From NCBI GenBank assembly GCA_040954595.2, contig CM082595.2, forward strand, positions 953,690 through 1,017,689: 64,000 nucleotides of DNA. The letters are read 5' to 3'. A program made the position numbers and the translations under genes. Source of the stretch: Balanoglossus misakiensis (Eukaryota > Animalia > Hemichordata). The number at the start of each line of letters is the position of its first letter. The stretch's first letter is position 1. This document shows positions 59,001-64,000 of the stretch, in pieces. The notes below the pieces were generated by a model. It made no database searches. It saw only the letters and a program-made list of their open reading frames with translations, and was not told the origin of the DNA.

Positions 59001-59415
59001 CAACGACGCGGCCGTTTACATCAAAATGACGACAGTTATGGGTTTTGCGTGGGTTTTCGGTCTAATCGCCTGTTTCACTGACGTCGGAGTTTTTTGGGTA
59101 CTTTTTATTATTTTCACTAGCCTACAGGGTTGTTTCATAGGACTGAGTTTTGTTTTCAATAAGCGGGTTTTCCATCTTTATCAAAAAAGATATCCGGATG
59201 GATGTTGCATTAAGCTGAGTAACTTTTGCCGGAAAGTCTGTTCGTCGAAAGAAATAAGAAGGACATCAACAGCCTCCGATTCGCCGTTGGCTGTTGTAGA
59301 AGTTCGCGTCAGTAACGAAGGAAGTGGATATACTCCGTCTACTTCCCAAGAAGTCGCGATAGGTTGTAACGTGAACAGAGCTGTTCAGGAAGGTGATGAC
59401 GATGTTTTTGCGTAG
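56020..59415 (+). CDS. Intronless class-B (secretin/adhesion/Methuselah-like) 7TM GPCR with somatomedin-B domain and Cys-rich ectodomain; likely start 56068 (signal peptide MGKFLIFLVFSLNICLVAS)
   Basis: 1131-aa ORF. SMB motif SCKGRC...CFCDDKCHTYRDCCYDYDDQC; repeated TYRNVFCAQCN and VYKNTPCAICN modules. 7tm_2 motifs LRTVPG, CATIAIVLHYLFLSNFFWMNVLAYD, YAWGSP, CWI, MGFAWVFG and SLQGCFI. Confidence 0.92.
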   Translation: MNQKRIRKETQFSAPKMGKFLIFLVFSLNICLVASTEEPKSGRVTENDQGDDRASFRTDSANFNQGTSDNSGHQSASSKSSAVIEDCWPNVSCKGRCGFRPEPLMRLDNDPMDGQPSQENLNCFCDDKCHTYRDCCYDYDDQCRRRGQIDQFLVEERDGADDSKSYLLPGAVPIEEIFPNENVPDDSVFQCLTILEYSLNPLWLRSKCSPGWRDDFIAYKCLNPDFTSDSLSTVPVRAADDNTYRNVFCAQCNYQRDVEFWRAKAACTDPAPPLIENDPIALSEYMKAKCTIFFLGPTDNVPQICVHAVSKCSDEYSNTIWARQCESDYNAVVVVPGDYLLSVYKNTPCAICNNVNQSDIMCPVWTERYTPAGPLREIAPEGNFIITHSENKKVSKPAPKAYEDNVTLGLTADVDTRMGSNAASYAVLINLNFEGETSVRYDSETGYLVPDYAVCNTGQVYDPWLGQCRDIYCAEGYHLEGVECVADPTGSTYSRTRPYNTSVEFGTLGISLKLVFQLNIDIECVPKPSEIKREFGSSVIQFVNMTSQKVHPNVNIGVIDGQLTDVEDNLNVTYNTTSDTNCSITDFTAQGTITFTVILTFTDVDWQVNENNFMQSVQKVTILIINGGTITFEYNGNTLEATLVHVSHNSTDSDPIETLVFYSCPYGTLTHYTTPNVTLFPVGDTYALYVNATGAGYDPGTFLIVSYEASEGNQTTTYSITAIVCEQEPSIAEENCPRIRLNASEFEVYPNQSIEYGGQIYDKDEYEVVGYGEIEICISYPDLSETLSHLYEFPLAYTIVTVIFTAISLIFLVITFLTYALFKELRTVPGLSIMSLVVSLFLAQLLFLVGIDKTEIYPVCATIAIVLHYLFLSNFFWMNVLAYDVFKTFAVKKPVLTFRSTKAQFLRFSLYAWGSPVLIVVPCVVLNFCGCVDFLFGYGVFICWIANPYALLFAFIVPVAIILLINAAFYTCAVYHMRSTKKEIEASQVNRRRDNDAAVYIKMTTVMGFAWVFGLIACFTDVGVFWVLFIIFTSLQGCFIGLSFVFNKRVFHLYQKRYPDGCCIKLSNFCRKVCSSKEIRRTSTASDSPLAVVEVRVSNEGSGYTPSTSQEVAIGCNVNRAVQEGDDDVFA

Positions 59416-61368
59416 CTGTTGAGCGCCTGAACATCGCTCTCATCGGTGCAGCCTCGTTCCAAAGGATTGTCTTTAACGAGCTGCTTTCATAACTGAAGTT
59501 ATAACGGAAAATTGTTACCTATAGCTTTAGTCAAAACGCTTTGGACGTTGAAATCAATGTACGGGTCAAAGTTCGTCGTTTGTATTGTGGCGAGAATTTG
59601 CCAACGCACAATGTCAGAACCATACTCGATATATATCTATATTACGGCAGGGAGTTTGGAAGCAACTTGATGGGAGGTGTCATAGGGTATTTGACATATT
59701 TTTTAATCAGTTATGTGGAGGGTGGGTTTTCAAAGATGATAAACATGACTTTGATGGCAAATTCTTTGCCGCTGGCGGCGATTTCACTAGTAGCTTGTAA
59801 ATAGTACATGCATGATAATCTCAAATATTAAACCTCGACTTCTTGACTTCCGACAAATTATACGTTTTAAGTATTTGTGTTGCATATTTACTAGTAGTGT
59901 CGGTAATCGATTATAAACTAAATCCAATGTGCTAATTGAACCCTTACAGACAAATTGATGAATATTTTTCTGACTGTTATAGATTTAGTTTTTCTTTATG
60001 TGTGTATTTTAAACAGTGTTCTTTATTTAGATATTATATGCCAATTATAATTCTTTTAAGTAACATTTGCAGTGAAACCATCCGATTAAAGTCGTCTAAA
60101 TCATAGCCTTTTCTGTCTCTGCTCCTTATTTCTTTCATCATCATCACCACCAACAACAACAACGACGTTTATAAGAGTCCCGTTCCATTTTTGCGGTCAA
60201 ATCAACGTTCATTTACAGCAAATGATGTACTATTTAAATCAAATCACTTTGGAACTTACGCGGTCATTCCGTAATTTGAGAAACAGCCATGTCCTTTCGT
60301 TTTCATGCTTGCTATATCGGAAGTTCACAGACGCCATTTCTTTGCAACAGCGCCCCCAAGGGCCAAATCATCTTTTCCTTGACCAGGGCTGGTTTGACTA
60401 TCAAACATACGAATGGTATAGGTTAATTTTGGCACTTTTTACCATAGGGCCTTCATAAACTTGCAGTAACTTTCAAGAAGGTAATTGACAAAAAGCAGTT
60501 GAATTAATTAGTCAAAATTTCTTTAAATGCCAGGCAACAGATTTTCAGAAAAATAAGAAGCCCAAAGCTTTCAAGTCTTTCCTATGTTGAAGTGTGCAAG
60601 GATTCTCTTTAATAACAAAGCATAAAATAGGGTGCATGTTCACCATCATCTTTTCATAAAAATCACAAATTTTCACCGAGATTGACGGCCATTTTAAATT
60701 TCAAATTTAAGACAGCTCTATCACTCAAATTTTTGCACAGTACCTCCTACTTCGTGTTCTAAATTTCAAGAGAGAATAATTAAATGTTCCATTCAGCAAA
60801 ATACAAGAAAAGATTGATTTTAGAGGCTCTTACTGTATACCACCTAAAAGAGCAGTCTGGTAGCACATGGTATACATAGGGCATGGGGAAAGAAACAGAA
60901 AACAATGCAACACACAATATTCTTGTATATAAGTTAACCAGCTTTAATTTCATAGCAATAGCAGCATACAAGTCGGCCCAGGAAAAACCCTGGAAACCTG
61001 AAGCCAACACAATATGAAACGTGCTTTGCTGAGGATGTCATCCTTAAAAAACAACAGAAATTCAGAATTTAAGTACATGATGCAAAATGACAAATAATAC
61101 ATACAGTGAGTGACATTTAAAGTGTAAATTGAACAAGAACAGTAAAGCAATAACATGAAAGGTGAAACACTACATATATCAAAGGTTAAAAACAAGGGCA
61201 AGACATTACCTAAAGTGATGTCCTCACCTTAGGTGATGTCAAACCACATGCCTGATCACTGCCAGACAAACCAATGACACCAAGTGTGCCATAAGCGGCG
61301 AAAGTTGGAATATTATAATATTGGTGCAATGTGTCTCGGTTTTATTGAGACATCCACAGCTTACAATA

Positions 61369-61388
61369 GCTGCGCCCCCTAGCGGTCC
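61369..61388 (-). promoter_or_regulatory. CTCF-like motif
   Basis: Minus strand GGACCGCTAGGGGGCGCAGC fits the CCRCNAGRKGGCRS consensus. Confidence 0.5.
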
Positions 61389-62212
61389 AGTGACAGTATA
61401 TATAGTTGAAGTTCTCTATGATTTTCAATTTCTTGAATTTCATTTTCATTTCTAAAGCAATTTATTTGCAGAAGCAAATGCCAAATGATCAATTCAAATA
61501 ACATTAGAAAGAAGACATTGTCACGGAACCATGAGCAGAATTCATTGCAAATTTTTAGTTTTAATTTTTACAAGTTTTGGGGTTGCTTAGTCAGCAGCAC
61601 TTTAGACAACCTTTTTGTTGTCACTTTAACAAACACAAGTATCCAAATTGAAAACATTTTGAAAATTTAGTCATTTCCAATTCTGCTCCTAGCTTTTAAG
61701 AAAGAGGATAGTGAAAGGAAAGACAGGATAGTGATACAATTTAAGTTGCAATGTATGATGCCATTCCACAAAGCTAGAAAATGGAAATAGCATTCACCAT
61801 GCAAACTTTTAACTACATATTATTATTAAATTTATAAACAAAATTAATATAAGAACACTAAAAAACAACATAAAAGTCATCAATACTTCCCAAAATGTCA
61901 TCAAGGTGAGCTAAGACATAACCAGAGATAACTACCAACCATTACCAGACAAACCGAACCAATGACACCAAAACCTCCCAAAAGACCACCGACCCTAAAC
62001 AAGACCAACGTACACAGACCACAACCTAACACCAACCTTGACAAATCTGAACAAAATGAAGACCAAACAACCAATGTTTACCTTGACAACATTTGAGTTG
62101 TATTGATGACATTCTACATTATAAGGTCAGTAATTTTAACAAATAAAAATCTACTATGAAACAACTTAATGAATATTTACAATGAATTAACAATAAAACA
62201 CAGAGTGAAATC

Positions 62213-64000
62213 ACAGACCCCAAATCTGCTAGCCGCTCCTGCAAGGTCTTGACAAACTTCTATCTTCAAACTTCTAGCACCTGAAATGACTCTAAAAAGA
62301 CTAGGAATACGAGAGATATGGTTAATAGATTTCACAGGCATCAAAGTCAGCTCAGCATTTCAACTGTATCATCCGCGGTCACTTTTAATGAATACCGAAT
62401 CGTTGGAACTGTCCGGAAGCTCTGGGCTTCCGGAGAGCTCCAACGATTGATCGTTACAGACCCCAATTCTGCTAGCCGCTCCTGCATGGTCTTGACAAAC
62501 TTCTATCTTCAAACTTCTAGCACCTGAAATGACTCTAAAAAGACTAGGAATACGAGAGATATGGTTAATAGATTTCACAGGCATCAAAGTCAGCTCAGCA
62601 TTTCAACTGTATCATCCGCGGTCACTTTTAATGAATACCGAATCGTTGGAACTGTCCGGAAGCTCTGGGCTTCCGGAGAGCTCCAACGATTGATCGTTAC
62701 AGACCCCAATTCTGCTAGCCGCTCCTGCAAGGTCTTGACAAACTTCTATCTTCAAACTTCTAGCACCTGAAATGACTCTAAAAAGACTAGGAATACGAGA
62801 GATATGGTTAATAGATTTCACAGGCATCAAAGTCAGCTCAGCATTTCAACTGTATCATCCGCGGTCACTTTTAATGAATACCGAATCGTTGGAACTGTCC
62901 GGAAGCTCTGGGCTTCCGGAGAGCTCCAACGATTGATCGTTACAGACCCCAATTCTGCTAGCCGCTCCTGCATGGTCTTGACAAACTTCTATCTTCAAAC
63001 TTCTAGCACCTGAAATGACTCTAAAAAGACTAGGAATACGAGAGATATGGTTAATAGATTTCACAGGCATCAAAGTCAGCTCAGCATTTCAACTGTATCA
63101 TCCGCGGTCACTTTTAATGAATACCGAATCGTTGGAACTGTCCGGAAGCTCTGGGCTTCCGGAGAGCTCCAACGATTGATCGTTACAGACCCCAATTCTG
63201 CTAGCCGCTCCTGCATGGTCTTGACAAACTTCTATCTTCAAACTTCTAGCACCTGAAATGACTCTAAAAAGACTAGGAATACGAGAGATATGGTTAATAG
63301 ATTTCACAGGCATCAAAGTCAGCTCAGCATTTCAACTGTATCATCCGCGGTCACTTTTAATGAATACCGAATCGTTGGAACTGTCCGGAAGCTCTGGGCT
63401 TCCGGAGAGCTCCAACGATTGATCGTTACAGACCCCAATTCTGCTAGCCGCTCCTGCAAGGTCTTGACAAACTTCTATCTTCAAACTTCTAGCACCTGAA
63501 ATGACTCTAAAAAGACTAGGAATACGAGAGATATGGTTAATAGATTTCACAGGCATCAAAGTCAGCTCAGCATTTCAACTGTATCATCCGCGGTCACTTT
63601 TAATGAATACCGAATCGTTGGAACTGTCCGGAAGCTCTGGGCTTCCGGAGAGCTCCAACGATTGATCGTTACAGACCCCAATTCTGCTAGCCGCTCCTGC
63701 ATGGTCTTGACAAACTTCTATCTTCAAACTTCTAGCACCTGAAATGACTCTAAAAAGACTAGGAATACGAGAGATATGGTTAATAGATTTCACAGGCATC
63801 AAAGTCAGCTCAGCATTTCAACTGTATCATCCGCGGTCACTTTTAATGAATACCGAATCGTTGGAGCTGTCCGGAGGCTCTGGGCTTCCGGAGAGCTCCA
63901 ACGATTGATCGTTACAGACCCCAATTCTGCTAGCCGCTCCTGCATGGTCTTGACAAACTTCTATCTTCAAACTTCTAGCACCTGAAATGACTCTAAAAAG
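62213..64000. repeat. 243-bp tandem array (satellite-like), 7.4 units visible, running off the window end
   Basis: Units are nearly identical; the ORF track repeats every 243 nt. Each full unit holds a 51-nt inverted repeat. Confidence 0.98.

Noticed and set aside
62318-63985. Repeated 69-aa (+) and 72-aa (-) ORFs, and a possible 66-nt minus-strand exon per unit (62523-62458, TTTCAG|...|GTAACG)
   Set aside because: By-products of the tandem array. Would-be introns are as identical as the would-be exons, the donor is weak and there is no recognisable peptide.
62213-64000. CRISPR-like array
   Set aside because: No variable spacers, no cas genes and a eukaryotic context.

Overview
AT-rich, intron-containing animal genomic DNA. 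The gene content suggests an invertebrate, probably a deuterostome, but that is inference. Four protein-coding genes can be rebuilt by hand with phase-consistent GT-AG splicing. (1) A ZMAT3/Wig-1-like matrin-type zinc-finger gene (+; firm coding exons 21791-22397, 30917-31095 and 31312-31589; probable 7-nt start exon 5438-5444). It has four fingers rather than the vertebrate three. (2) LEKR1 (-, 13 coding exons, 44253-39527, ~722 aa). (3) An SH2D5-like PTB+SH2 adaptor (+, 10 exons, 45309-50991, ~669 aa), head-to-head with LEKR1. (4) An intronless class-B 7TM receptor (+, 56020/56068-59415) with a somatomedin-B domain, Cys-rich modules, a possible SEA-like domain and no GPS. A CpG-rich bidirectional promoter at ~4.2-5.8 kb also drives non-coding first exon(s) of an unidentified minus-strand gene that leaves the window. 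Non-coding features include microsatellites, short hairpin/MITE-like elements, a ~450-bp promoter-plus-exon cassette present twice, many RFX X-boxes (including a tandem triple site) and CTCF-like motifs. The window ends in a near-perfect 243-bp tandem array with a 23-bp-stem hairpin in every full unit. All identifications come from recalled family sequences and reading by eye; no searches were run.
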